Part shown: in pieces, positions 38,113 to 52,079 of the stretch
Position numbering within the stretch: position 1 is the first letter of the stretch
How the letters are laid out: each line of letters starts with the position of its first letter
Assembly (NCBI RefSeq): GCF_006345805.1
Contig: NC_043009.1
Coordinates: 22,506,001-22,570,000, forward strand
Direction: 5' to 3'
Origin: Octopus sinensis
Taxonomy: Eukaryota
Length of the DNA stretch: 64,000 nucleotides
The notes under the pieces: model-generated
What the model was told of the DNA's origin: nothing
The model's input: the letters and a program-made list of their open reading frames with translations, nothing else
Databases searched by the model: none
Translations under genes and position numbers: made by a program

Positions 38113-40527
38113 CATTCGTTGTATTTTTTTCCTCATTTATAAAGAAAAAATAGAATTTGCTGAAACACAACAATGTACAAGCAACAATTAATAACTTCTC
38201 CCCTGACCGCCACCCCCCCCCCGCCGAAACATTATTATTTTTTCTGGTTTGCTTATTTATTTTATAATGGGTCTTGGGTTGTTAAAAACCTAAATAAATA
38301 AGCCAAAATGTGGGGTAAATGTTTCAGTCATTCTCTTTATAGAGGTATGAATGAATGAATGAAACCTCGCCCATTACCATAATAAGGACCACAACAACAC
38401 CCATCATCATCATCCCCACCCACTGAATGAATTAAAGTGAAATAGAAGGTGGCAAAGAACAATGGCACTGGTAACACCTGCTCATTCTAGTTCAAAGCAC
38501 CTATTTGGTTAATGTTATTTATTATCATTTGACATAGATACACACACACACAAACTTGACACAATTTCCCTGTTTTTAAATTGTAGTTAGTATCAAATGG
38601 GTGTGTGTGTGTGTGTGTACAGGAAGGATGGATGCCGGGTGGGTGGTTGCTACCTCATTTCCCCCTACCATCACCACCTACATAGTTTCTAGGTTCCACT
38701 ATTCTTGTATGTTATTTGTAGTTGTTAGATGTTTGTGTTTTATGATGTTTTTTTTTTTACTTCTGTAAAATGACACTGAAAAACTGAAAGAAAAAAACCC
38801 CCAAAACAAGATACTTGATTCACAAAATCTTACAATGAAATGCCTCATAATAGGGGTGCCCTAGCATAGCCACAGATCTTGAGCTGAAACTAGTAAAAGA
38901 ATAACATATCAAAATATTAATATGTATGCATATGTGTGTGTATGAGTACAGCAAAGTGGCATCATTTCAAAACTAAAATGATGCAAAGCACATTGTGATC
39001 AGTGATGTGTAACAACATCTGATAGTCTTGTTGATCATGTAATATTAGATGGATGGATAAATAATAGACAAGTAAATAGAGAGATAGATAGATAGACACC
39101 AGATCAGTTAGTCCTTGTTTTTTTAATTGCTTTAAACCATGGATGGCACCCATGCAACCTGAAAATAATCCATTCTTTCACTTGGATTTGAAACTAACAA
39201 TGGTTGTCCTTCTATTCAGGGTTTGTATAACATTCATGAATAAAAGGGATCAGAAATGGCCACTTGGAAGGCCTGCATGACAATAGCGGCCAAGATGAGA
39301 AAGAAAAGGTACAATCGAGAAAAAATTGGAAGTATATTGTGATCAGCGGGGTATAACAACATCCAATAGTTTGGTTAAAATAGGTGATACAGTAATGCAT
39401 ATGTCTGTTGAGTGTCATAGTTGAGAGCCTGAGTAACAGATTAAATCAGCGGTTTTCAACCAGGGTCCCATATGGCTCTTGAGTGTCCATATAAGAATTT
39501 GGGGTCCACACGACAAAATAGTTAATTGGGGATCCACAATAGTATCTTATAGGTCCATGAAAAAACTTTGCAAGAAAGGGCCAGGTTTCTTTCTCTAACA
39601 TTTTACATAGTTCAACCTAAACAAGTTAATGTGTGAAATGCAAAATAGCAATTTTGAAAGAAGATTCTAACCCAGGGCTAACCAATGCCTTGTGAGTGAA
39701 TTTGGGAGATAAATACTTTGTGGAAACCTACTGTGTGTGTGTGTGTGTGTGTGTACATACATATTTTGTTTTACATATGTATATATTGATATATACATGT
39801 GAGTATGTATGTGTTTTGGGTTTATGGTTGGCAACCAGTGTTCATTTGTTTACATCCTGTAACATGGTTGTTAGGCATAAAAGGTAATAGAAAAAGTACC
39901 AGATTAAAAAAAAAAGTACTACTGGGGTCAATTTGTTCGACTAAACTCTTGAAGGAGGTGCTCCAGCATGGTCGCAGTCCAATGACTGCAACAAGTAAAA
40001 GACAGAAGATAAACAAAACGATCGCTAAGGTAAAATATAATGTAATACCGGAGAAAATACTTGGTTTGATATAATTACAGGTGGTGCCCCAGCATGGCCA
40101 CAAGCCCAACGATTGACAACTGAAAGCGGTGAAAGAATAACAAGTTAGGCATTTCCAAATACATAATAACAAAAGTACACCAGCCCTACGTGCAGGCGAC
40201 ATGGTTAAAAATATCCTTAATTATTATAGCTGTTTATTCCAGAGTTGGTTTCCGGACATATCAATGTTTCTATATCTGGTCCACCATAATTACCACATAT
40301 AACAATATCTCACATTCTTGATGAAACTTTCTCATTGATTTCTCTGTCTCTCTCACCCTTTCCCTCTCCCTTCCTCTCACTGATATCAATTGTAGTAAAC
40401 CCACACAGTTTGTTTAGATCCTACATCAGCTCTCGTAGTTGCTGCTGTTGTTGTTGCCGTTACTGTTTTTGTTGTTGTTGTTGTCATCATCATCTGTTTG
40501 TGTCGAAAATGGCAAAAGCGAAGCAGA

Positions 40528-40564
<37 letters not shown>

Positions 40565-40677
40565 ATGTGAGCATCCATAATTATATGTAATGTCTGTATA
40601 CATACATATACACACATACATACGCATAATAAACATGTTTTTAAAGACACAAATATATACATATGTATACATACATG

Positions 40678-40770
<93 letters not shown>

Positions 40771-42004
40771 ACATATATACATACAGAAAGGTTTCAATTG
40801 TGTGAGTGTGTGTATGTATACACATATATATAAACATTTATATGCACCCACAGATACACATACACACACATATGTAGCGAGAAAGAGAGTGTTGGAGGAG
40901 ACAGATAGATAGAAACTGACAGAAAGAGACTCATGTACAAATGCAGGAACGTAAACACATATATATATGTAAAAACCTTTTCGAAAGTTCTTCATGTAAC
41001 AAACGGAAAGCATAATTTATATCCAATGCAGACAATTTCCTTTGCCAGCTAAACACCCTCCACTTCCACCTACTTGATAGATACTACCTCATTCCATCAC
41101 TCTAAGCTCTCTCCCTCCTACCTACAAAACTGATGATAAGCTTCATGTCCAGCCTTTCTGGATTTCATCATGAGCTTCCTTAGTAATTAAAGCTCTTCAA
41201 TGATAATATTTATCTTCAGTTACCTTAGATTGTCACTACAAGCCTCCGTTGGAAGCTCCAGTTGCCTTAGTTTGCTACTACAAACCTCCGTTGGAAGCTA
41301 AGCATGTTTTCTCAGTATAATGAAAGCAACATGTCTAGGAAAAAAACCAGGAACTTTTCAGTGCCCCCTCAGATATATATATGTGTGTGTGTGTGCGTGC
41401 GTGTGTCCCTGGCCCCCGTGCCGGTGGCATGTAAAAAGCACCATCTGATCGTGGCTGTTTGCCAGCCTCATCTGGCACCTATGCAGGTGGCACGTAAAAA
41501 GCACCCACTACACTCACGGAGTGGTCAGACTGCGCCTTATTAACTGAACAAATTCAACATGTTCCCTTACAGTTGTTTCAATATTGCCCAAATTAATTAA
41601 ATTCCAGTAATTAAAACATTTTGCGGGGGAAATCTATTCAGAGGAGTTTTTTGAGATGTTTGGAAAAATTACATGTTAATAACCTAACAATATATCTTTT
41701 TTACTTTTACCCCAATAACAAGATTCCCCCACCCCCCAAAAAAAGATTTAATTACTGGAATTTAATTCATTAAGGCAATATTGAAACAGATGTAAAGGAA
41801 CATGTTGAATTTTTGCAGTTAATAAATTATACTAACACTCCTTCTCCTTATTCTAGATTTTAATTTGAATATTTATGAACAAAGTTTTATACTTAAATCT
41901 ATTACTATAGGACATTATTATTCACAACAAAATAATAGGTAACAAACCAGTAATTCATTGGATACTTTCTATCCCTTAAGGTAGTTATTTCAACCTCTAT
42001 TTAA

Positions 42005-42054
<50 letters not shown>

Positions 42055-42501
42055 CACACACACATCAGACTATCACATGGTCTCCTTCTGCCAAATTCAC
42101 TTACTAGGCTTTGGTCAGCCCAGAGCTATAGTTAAGAGACACTTGCCCCAAAGTGTTGCACAGTAGGACTGAACTTGAAACTAAATGGTAGAGAAGCAAG
42201 TTTCTCAGTGACACACCCAATGTCTACTCCGAAGAGAAACTGATACAGAATATAAAACAGTGGTCCTCAACCATGGTTCATATGGCCCTTAGGGGGCCCA
42301 TTTAAGATTTTGTTAAAATTTACGTGCAATAAACGGATTATACTTGTACAATACACAAAATATTGCAACAAATTTTTATACAATTCCTAATAATATTTCA
42401 TCATAAAAATATAAGTAGCATCTTGGGCAAATATCTTCTACTGTTGCCTTGGACCAACCAAGTGAGTGGATTTGATAAATAAAAACTGAAAGAAGCCTGT
42501 C

Positions 42502-42545
<44 letters not shown>

Positions 42546-42670
42546 CGGAAGGTTTACGAAAACAAACAAAAGACGAAGGCAGGTTTACGAAAATAAACAA
42601 AAGACGAAGGCAGGTGGAGTACAAACAAATAATGTATTAGTATGGTGCTCAGGAATAGAAATAAAACAAG

Positions 42671-42708
42671 TCTTTTACGTTTCGAGCCTACGCTCTTCGA
42701 CAGAAAGA
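42671..42708 (-). ncRNA. Variant minimal hammerhead ribozyme motif in a Penelope-like fragment
   Basis: Minus strand TCTTT CTGTCGA A GAGC GTAG GCTC GAAACGTA AAAGA: perfect 5-bp stem I, stem II GAGC/GCTC, GAAA, GUA triplet; core has A6U. Confidence 0.6.
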
Positions 42709-43909
42709 TACACAGAAAAGAAACAAGGAGAGAAAAAAATTGCGTGTAGGGGCTAACGATCCAACATGGCGTTCTGATTTCAGAAGTCAGAGATCGGAGG
42801 TCAAACGTTAGAGGTCAGACGTTAGACGCTAGAGGGATAGTAGGGGAGATAGCAGGGTCAAGTGACCTCACTCCAACCTGAAGGTGCGTGTGTGCATAAG
42901 AGAGTATGTATGTGCATGTGGAAGAGGGCTGGTGGTTTGGACGTGTGTATGTATGTATGATGTGATGTGTAATGTCGTATGGTGTAGTGTAGTGTGGTGT
43001 GGGGGAGAGAGGGGGAGATAAAAGAGAGGAGGGGAGAGGGGGAGGAGGAGGAGGGAGAGGAGAAAGAAGGAGAGGAGGAGAAGGAAGGGGAGGAGAAGGA
43101 TATATATATATATATATATAATGTTATCAATTAATATGAAAATTATGTATTAATAGAAAACCTCTATAAATGGCTGATGATTGCTCAACATTTTAAAACT
43201 GTTGTAATACTTACAATATTTAATAAAATGATGTAGCGTGAAACGATTGTACCAAATTACCGAAGTTATTCTTGTTGCTTATTTTGATTATAATCACCCC
43301 ATAGATTTATATGGATAATACCATACAAAATTCTGGTGTATCTAACTTAAGTACCATATTCATTTGAATCTAAATTCTGCTGAACTTATATATCATCATC
43401 ATCATCATCATCATCATTTAGCGTCCACTTTCCATGCTAGCATGGGTTGGACGTTTCAACTGGGGTCTGTGAAGCTGGAAGGCTTCGTCAGGCCCAGTCA
43501 GATCTGGCAGTGTATGTGTTTGCCTCCCCAACACTGCCATCACTTGACAGCCAATGTTGGTGTGTTTTTGTCCCCATAATTCAGCGGTTTGGCAAAAGCG
43601 ATTGATACAATAAGTATTAAGCTTACAAAATATAAGTCCTGGGGTCAATTTCTTTGACTAAAAAATTCTTTAAGGCAGTGCTCCAGCATGGCCGCAGTCA
43701 AATGACTGAAACAAGTAAACGAGTAAAAAGAATTGAATGGGTATGAGCCCCCACCCCAAGAAAAACAGGAATCAATAGGGTTGATGGATTAAAAGATGGT
43801 TGGGAACCACTGATACAAAGGATTTTACCTGAGAATGGACCCAGGCTATGCTGTAAAGAGACTGGCCATTTAGGAACGCATCCAGGTGAAAATGTAAAGA
43901 AAAAAATGA

Positions 43910-45040
43910 AAGGTGTGGTTGTGTGGTAAGAAGCTGACTTCCCAACCACAAGATTTCAGTTTCAGTCCCACTGTGTGACACCTTGGGCAAGTAACTTCTA
44001 CTATAGCCTCAGGCTAACCAAAGTCTTGTGAGTGGATTCGGTAGACAGAAACTGAAAGAAGCCTGCCATGTATGTATGTATATACGTATATATACTTATG
44101 TGTGTGTGTCTTTGTGTCGGCACTTTTACCCACCAACACCACTTGACAACTAACGTTGGTGTTCACTTCCCCATAACTTAGCAGTTCAGAAAAAGAGTCC
44201 AATAAAATAAGTACTAGGCTTAAAAAGGAAAAAGCAAGTCCCAGGGTCGGTTTGTTTGACTAAAACCCATCAAGCATGGCTGCAGTCAGCTGACTCAAAG
44301 AACAAAAGAATATACAACAATAAAGGCGGTAGTTTTTAACACAGCAATGCAACAAATTCACTCAACCAATACAAGCATAGAAAAACAAACAAAGCAATGA
44401 TGATGATGCAGAAATGAGTAAGATAATATACATTCATATTTCATAGCGTTTTTTTTTAGTTGTTTATTTTTCTTCTTTTCATATTGATGTTTGCATTATG
44501 CTGTTTGTTTGTTTTTTTAGTAGTCATATTTCAGTTGATGCTTTCATTGCTCTGTATGTTAGCTTGGAACTGTGGCCGTGCTGTGGCCTAAACTGCGTAA
44601 GGTTTAGTCAATCAAAATGACCCCAGAAGCTTTTCTTTGAAGGCGAGCTGACAGAAACATTGGCACACCAGGCGAAATGCTTAGCGGTATTTCGTCTGCC
44701 ATTACGTTATGAGTTCAAATTCCGCCGAGGTTGACTCTGCCTTTCATCCTTTCGGGGTCGATAAATTAAATACCAGTTAGCACTGGTGTCAATGTAATCA
44801 ACTTAATCCCTTTGTCTGTCCTTGTTTGTCCACTCTATGTTTAGCCCCTTGTGGGTAGTAAAGAAATAGGTATTTTGTCTGCTGTTACGTTCTGAGTTCA
44901 AATTCCGCCGAGGTCAACTTTGCCTTTCATCCTTTCGGGATTGATAAATTAAGTACCAGTTATGCACAGGGGTCAATATAATCGACTAAATCCCTTTGTC
45001 TGTCCTTCTTTGTCCCCCTTGTGGGCAATAAAGAAATAAG
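43910..45040 (+). mobile_element. Family A SINE (43910-44310) and family B SINE dimer (44640-45040, junction at 44869)
   Basis: Diagnostic motifs; junction aagaaata|ggtattttgtc. Confidence 0.85.
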
Positions 45041-45982
45041 AACCTTTTCTTTGAAGTCTGCTATTTATTTTATCAGTTTGTATCAGACTGCTAAGTCATG
45101 AGGACATAAGTCAATAACTCTGCTTGTCAAACAGTGCCACATTAAAACAACATATGAAGAGGCACCATACACACACACACACAGAGGCATAGCTATGCGG
45201 TAAGAGTCCCACAGCATGGCACCATGGGCTAGTGTCTTCTAGTATAGTCTCGGGTCGACCAAAGCCTTGTCAGTGGATTTGGTAGATGGAAACTGAAAGA
45301 AGCCTGTCATATATGCACGTATATATCTATGTATGTGTCCATGTATGTGTTTGTCCCCCACCACTGTTTGACAACAATTTCAAAGGTCCAGCCTTTGTAA
45401 ACTGTCACACTGAGTCAGCCTGAAAATAACATTAAGGGAGTGGGGACACACATGTTTGTGGAATACTCAGCCACACTTCAGCTGAATAAGCTTTGTAATT
45501 AAGGTTATCAAACAGTTGAATACCCATAACTGAAACTAACAGAGATTCATTGTAAAATAGGGGTGGGTAGAAAGTAGCAGCAGTAGTTGTAGTAGCAGTA
45601 ATAGTAGTGGTAGTGGTGGTTGTAGTAGTAGTAGTAGTAGTAGTAGAAGTAGTTAGTGGTGATGGTGGTGCTCTAGTCATAGTAGTAGTGGTGGTGGTAT
45701 CAGTGATAGTAGTTGCAGTGATTTAAACCTTTAGTTATAATATTTCTGTTGGCATACACTCACCTTTGCCTTGTTTCAATTCATTTTCAAAATTTATTAA
45801 AAATATACCAGCCATCAGGTGTTTGTTATATTTTGAGTTCTAATTCCGTCGAGGTCGACTTTGCTTTTCATCAATTAGGGGTCGATAAATTAAGTACCAG
45901 TGAAACAGTGGGATTGATGTAATCAACTAGACCCTCCCACAAAATTTCACACCTTCTGTCTATAGTAGAAAGGATTATTAAT

Positions 45983-46360
45983 CTGGTGTTTGGAACATAA
46001 ATTACCAGGAAATTTTGATGGAAGATTTGAATTTGAAATCATTTTAAGACAAAAAAATTTGTGTCCTAGAATCACAGGGCTGGCTCAAATGGATTGGTAT
46101 TAAAAAATTTAAACCCCTGATCAGCCTTAATTAAAAGACCTATAATCAAAATGCATTCTATTCATTTACATTCTGGTGCTTGGAACATAAATTAACAGGA
46201 AATTTTGATGGAAGATTTGAATTTTAGATCATTTAAAAAAAAAAATTTGTATACTAGAACCACGGGGCTGGCTCAGATGGATTGGTATTAAAAGATTTAA
46301 ACCCCTTATCGGCTTTACTTGAAAGACCTATAATCAAAATGCATTCTACTCATTTACATT
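45983..46360 (+). repeat. Direct tandem duplication, 2 x ~189 bp
   Basis: ctggtg(t/c)ttggaacataaatta..aatgcattcta(t/c)tcatttacatt at 45983-46172 and 46173-46360. Confidence 0.92.
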
Positions 46361-46829
46361 TTTTCAAAGCATAGCATATCTGAGATTATACTGTTTGATG
46401 TGTCCTTTTTTGTTTTAATTTAGCTGCTGTTTCTAGCATGTCAAGCGATTGCATTGAGCAGGTGTAGAGGAGCCCTTTTACTACTGAGTGAAATTGCATC
46501 CACATTCATGTTTGAAAATGTCCCCACTTACAAAGACCCAATGAAGCCATAAAAATATAAGGGACAATTTCAAGTGACATTGTAAAGTTAAAAGATTCAT
46601 TATTTTTCCTTGGTACAGATGCACCCCCAAAAGTTCATATGTACTTGTAGTTCACTCTTGGTACTAAAGAGGTCCCAACTCCTGCTGTGATGCTATCACA
46701 CTGGGTAACAGCAGCAGCAGCAGCTGGGGTAATTGTTTAACTTCAGATCAGCTCTAATCAAGAAGACCTCAATTAAAGTGTTCCAACCATGATCATCTCT
46801 ATTTATTTTCAGAAAAAGTATCCAGGAGA

Positions 46830-47180
46830 TCACCATCATCATCATCATTTAACGTCCGTTTTCCATGCTAGCATGGGTTGGACGGTTTGACCAAGATCTG
46901 GGAAGTCAGGAGGCTGCACCAGGCTCCAGTCTGATCTGGCAGTGTTTCTACAGCTGGATGCCCTTCCTAACGCCAACCACTCCGTGAATGTAGTAGGTAT
47001 TTTTTACATGCCACCGGCACAGGGGCCAGAGGAGGCTGGCAACATACACGATCAGTTGGTGCTTTTTACGTGCTACTGGCACAGACACCAGTCAAGGCGG
47101 TGCTGGCATCAGCCACGTCTGGATGGTGTTTTTTACGTGCCACTGGCACAGGTATCACAACTACAATTTCCATTTGATTT
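46830..47180 (-). mobile_element. (GAT)n-tailed retroposon
   Basis: catcatcatcatttaacgtccgttttccatgctagcatgggttggacgg..gtttctacagctggatgcccttcctaacgccaacc. Confidence 0.85.
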
Positions 47181-47827
47181 TTATTTTGATGTTGATCCAA
47201 AATGTGAAAGCATGTGCCTTAGTGGTTAGGGTATTCAGCTCATGGTTGTAAGGTCGTGAGTTCAATTCCTAGTGGCACATTGTGCTCTTGAGCAAGACAC
47301 TTTATTTCACTTTGCTCCAGTCCACTCAGCTGGCAAAAGAAAGTAGCACCTATAATTCAAAGACCCAGCGTTGACACAATCTGTGTCATACTGAATCTCC
47401 TTCTGAACTACATTAAAGGTATGTGTGTCTATGGAGTACTCGGCCACTTGCACACTAATTTCATAAGCAGGCTGTTCCGTTGATTGGATCAACTGGAACC
47501 CTCATTGTCATAACTGACAATACCAGTTATCCCAAGGTTTAATTTCAATTTTTTTCAAAGACATCATAGCTTTGTGGTTAAGAAACCTGCTTTGTAGCCA
47601 TGTGGTTTTGGGTTCAATCCCAATGCACAGTACCTTACCTTGGACAAGTGACTTTCACTATATGTCTTGTGAGTGACTGCAGCAATGAGTAAGAAGCCCA
47701 CCATATGTGTGTGTGTGTATATATGTGTGTGTGTATTTATATAAATAAGGATAAGATCGGCATTTAAATACCGATCTTATCAGCTGGCCAGCATGGGAAT
47801 ATAAACCTTCACAGGCTAATAATTATT

Positions 47828-48082
47828 AAAATTATAATTTAAGGTATCTAAGAGATAACACCATGCTGGAAATAGCCAAAACTTGACTCTAAAACCACAT
47901 TAAATATTCATACAGCACCAAGAGAGAAGACAAAGAGGCAAAATAAACTATTCTTTTGCTAGTTTATTTTGTTCTTTTGTCTTCTCTCCTGGTACTCTAT
48001 GAACATTTAATGTGGTTTAGTCAAGTTTTGGCTGCTATTTCCAGCATGGTGGTATCTCTTAGATACCCTAAATTATAATTTT
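47828..48082. repeat. Fold-back hairpin, ~123-bp arms, 9-nt loop (47951-47959)
   Basis: aaaattataatttaaggtatctaagagata..aaaataaacta ttcttttgc tagtttatttt..tatctcttagataccctaaattataatttt, with about 10 differences. Confidence 0.93.
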
Positions 48083-49933
48083 CATATATATATATATATA
48101 TATATACGACAGGCTTCTTTCAGTTGCTGTTGGTACTGGGGGACAAATACAGACACAAAGACGCACACTCGCAAGGGGTTTCTTTCAGTTTCTATCTACC
48201 AAATACATATACAAGGTTTTAACTGACCTGAGGCTATAGTAGAAGACACTTGTGCAAGGTGACACACAGTGGGACTGAACTCAGAACCACGTGGTTGGGA
48301 AAGAAAACTTCTCACCACACAGCCATGCTTATCTTCAAAATTTCATGCTATTTCATTCCTGATTTTGGTGCATCTTATTTGACCTGTTAGCATTTAAACC
48401 ATCCATGTCCAGCCAAAATATTGTGTGTTTTATGCTCAAACCAGCCAGATCTAGCCTCTCACACCTAACTTACACTGTCTTTCTAAAAACAAACAATAAC
48501 ATCATTTAAATTTCAAAGTTACAAGATAATGCATGATTAATTCAAAAGAATGAGAATAAATAAACATTACCATTGACAGAGTAATCTGAGGTATATTTGG
48601 CTGCTATGTCTAGCACAGTGTTTCTTAACCTTTTTTTTTTTTTACCTCTGGACCCCTTTGGTACCTATTTTACTCAGGGGGAATCCTTGTAGCCATTTGT
48701 TGTTTCAATAACCTTATTGTATTTTTAAAGTGGTGAGCTGGCAGAAACGTTAGCACACCGGGTGAAATGCTTAGCAGTATTTCGTCTGTCTTTACATTCT
48801 GAGTTCAAATTCCACTGAGGTTGACTTTGCCTTTCAACCTTTCGGGGTCGATCTAATTGATTGCCCTCCCCACCAAAAAAAAAAAAAAAAAATTCAGGCC
48901 TTGTGCCTAGAGTAGAAAAGAATAATCTTTATGATTAAATATTACTAGAAATTGTATAGAAAAAAATTGTTAAAATATTTTGTGTACTAGAGAAGTGTAA
49001 CCAGTTTGTTGCACATAGATTTTAACAACAAAATCTTATGTGAACCCCCACTTGAGAACCACTGGATTTGACCAATCAAAGTCTTAATCATCAGTGTTGA
49101 GCCACTGGAACAAGGTAGATGAGGTTGAAGGAGGAGGAAAAGCTTTCACTGGTAGGAGTCAGAGGACAAAGAAAAGGCTGGTGATGGTGGTAGATTATGT
49201 TAATAGAAAGGGACACTGGACAAAGGCAAATAGAAAAACAGGAGGATGCAGAAGATGGATGGGAGAAGTTTATAGGTGGTAGGAGGTGAATGACAGGACT
49301 ATGCTGGACAAAGGAAATGGCACAGAAGGTGGGTATAGTAGTAGTGATAGGAGGAGGAGGAGGAAATTAGCTTGAGGTCAGTCTTGACTGATCCAAACTG
49401 TGATCAGAAGTGTTCCAGCCATGACCATTCTGTTTTATTTTGAATATTGATCTGAGACCAACTCATTGTCCAATACATTGTGCTTTATTCTGAAACAAGG
49501 GGATATGGTTTGAGGGAGGACTGGCAGCTATTTCTAACAGGTTCTGTCATTGGTACTTAAACAACAGTAGCAGCAGTGGTGGTGGTAGTAGTAGTTGGGG
49601 TGGGAAGATGGGAGGAGAGGAGGAGGAAAAGTTGCTTCAGGCAGAGTAGGCAGTGAGAGGATATGGCAAGCATCAGAAACTCACACACACACTCTCTCTG
49701 TCACCCAGAGACCCTTCCTTCCCATCTATTTCATTTCAATTATTGCTCTTTCCCCAAAATGTGTAGTAATGTGATTAGTGTGTGTGTGTGCTTGAAAAGA
49801 CATAATAGAAGAGGGGAGAATGAATGAATACAATTCTTAGAAGATTCTATAAGAGAAACACAACAAACATCCTGCCCTCACCACCTAAAATATCATCAGT
49901 GGTCCATTCCACCTCTGTTTCCCATTTTCTACA

Positions 49934-49982
<49 letters not shown>

Positions 49983-50369
49983 CTATCAAAATGTTAAGCT
50001 TGAGATAGAATTTGAGGTGAGATTTGTGGTTATTTTATAGTACTGAAACTAATAAAATAACAGTTAAAAAAATCTAATAGGTGCAAGTGTGGCTGTGTGG
50101 TAAGAAGTTTGCTTCCCAAACACATGGTTCCAGGTTCAGTCCCTATGCGTGGCACCATGGGCAAGTGTCACACAAGCTTTCGTTGGTCTGAGGCTGTGAT
50201 AGAAGACACTTGCCCAAGGTGCCATACTTCAGGCTGACCAAAGCCATGTGAATGCATTTGTTAGACAGAAACTGAAAGAAGTTTGTCATGTGTATATATA
50301 TATATCATCATCATCATCATGATATATATATATACACATGACAAACTTCTTTCAATATATATATATATA

Positions 50370-50466
50370 TATACATATAAAAGTAAATAAATGGCACAAC
50401 GAAACACTGATATTTACTGAAAATATCGGTGCTTCGTTGTGCCATTTATTTACTTTTATATGTATA
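50370..50466. repeat. Hairpin, 46-bp stem, 5-nt loop
   Basis: tatacatataaaagtaaataaatggcacaacgaaacactgatattt actga aaatatcggtgcttcgttgtgccatttatttacttttatatgtata; one A.C mismatch and one G.U pair. Confidence 0.93.
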
Positions 50467-50698
50467 ATTTTACCCTTACGGGCTATCCTTTACTGGAAAG
50501 CAATACTCTCGTATTGCATTACTATTTTCATTATATATATATATATATATAAATCATTCAAAGAGAGTTAGAGGATGTGAATCCAACCAACTAAGGGATA
50601 ATATCTATCCAATATACTGCTGGTAGAATATCCAAGTGTTGATTATTGCATGGTAATTATACTATGGAGCGTAATAAATGGCGAGGGTAAAAAATTGT

Positions 50699-50780
50699 AG
50701 GGTATCCAGAGGTAGTAAGCATCAACTGTTAGACATAATATAATGTCTAACAGTTGATGTATACTACCTCTGGATCCCCT
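50699..50780. repeat. Hairpin, 38-bp stem, 6-nt loop
   Basis: agggtatccagaggtagtaagcatcaactgttagacat aatata atgtctaacagttgatgtatactacctctggatcccct; 3 mismatches. Confidence 0.92.
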
Positions 50781-50794
50781 CTATTTTCTTCTAG

Positions 50795-50835
<41 letters not shown>

Positions 50836-50934
50836 ATAAACGGAAATTGAAAGAAGCCCATTTCTTTCTCTTTCGTGTATATACTATATATCGTGTATAT
50901 AATATATATATTCGTGTATATTTTATATATATAT

Positions 50935-52032
50935 ATTCTTTTATGTGTTTCACTCATTTGACTGCAACATGCTGGAGCACCGCCTTTAGTCAATCAAATC
51001 GATCCCAGGGCTTATTCTTTATAAGCCTAGTACTTATTCTATCAGTATCTTTTTTGCTGAACTGCTAAGTTACGGGGACGTAAACACACCAACATCAGTT
51101 GTGAAGCAATGGTGGGGGGACAAACATAGGCATGCAAACATACACACAAGCACACACATATATAGGCTTCTTTCAGTTTCCATCTACCAAATCCACTCAC
51201 AAGGCTTTGGTTGACCTGAGGTATAAGTACACTTGCCCAAGGTCTCACACAGTGGGACTGAACCTGGAACCAAGTGGGGCAAGGTACTGCATCGCCCACA
51301 ATGCTTTAAACAAAAATATGCGTTGTTTACTTTTTCTTGACAACACATGCTATTTTGTGGGTGTTTGTGACAAAATGTGCAATGACACATAAAATGACAG
51401 CTTCCAAATCCTGTTTCCTGGGTGAAAATGATCAGACTTTAAACCGCTATAACTTTTTAAAAACATTTTTCTGGAAGAAGTGAAATATTTCCAGCAATTC
51501 TGCTTGGAAAAAATATATTATTCAGCCAGATTTTAAAATTTCCGATAAATTTTAATTTTTGAAACCACACAAACTAGACCCATAAATATATATATATATA
51601 TATATACGTGCTACCGGCACGGAGGCCAGATAGCCGCTCTGGCAACGACCACGCTCAGGTGGTGCTCTTAATGCTTGATATATATATATATATATATCAA
51701 GCATTAAGAGCACCATCTGAGCATGGACATATGACTGAGGGCTTCACCAGGCTCCAATCTTGATCTGGCAGAGTTTCTACAGCTTGATGCCCTTCCTAAC
51801 ACCAACCACTCCAAGAGTGTAATGGGTGCTTTTACATGCCACCGGCACGGGGCCAGTCAGGTGGCACTGGCAACGACCTCGCTCAAATCTTTACACATGC
51901 CACCGGCACGGGTGCCAGTAAGGCGATTCTGGTAATGATCACACTCGAATGGTGCCTTTTACGTGCCACCGGCACGGAGGCCAGATAGCCGCTCTGGCAA
52001 CGACCACGCTCAGATGGTGCTCTTAATGCTTG

Positions 52033-52079
<47 letters not shown>

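Noticed and set aside
41040-41330. Possible LINE reverse-transcriptase remnant
   Set aside because: Similarity (LSKL.SY..FI.SFLS) is too weak to support without a profile search.
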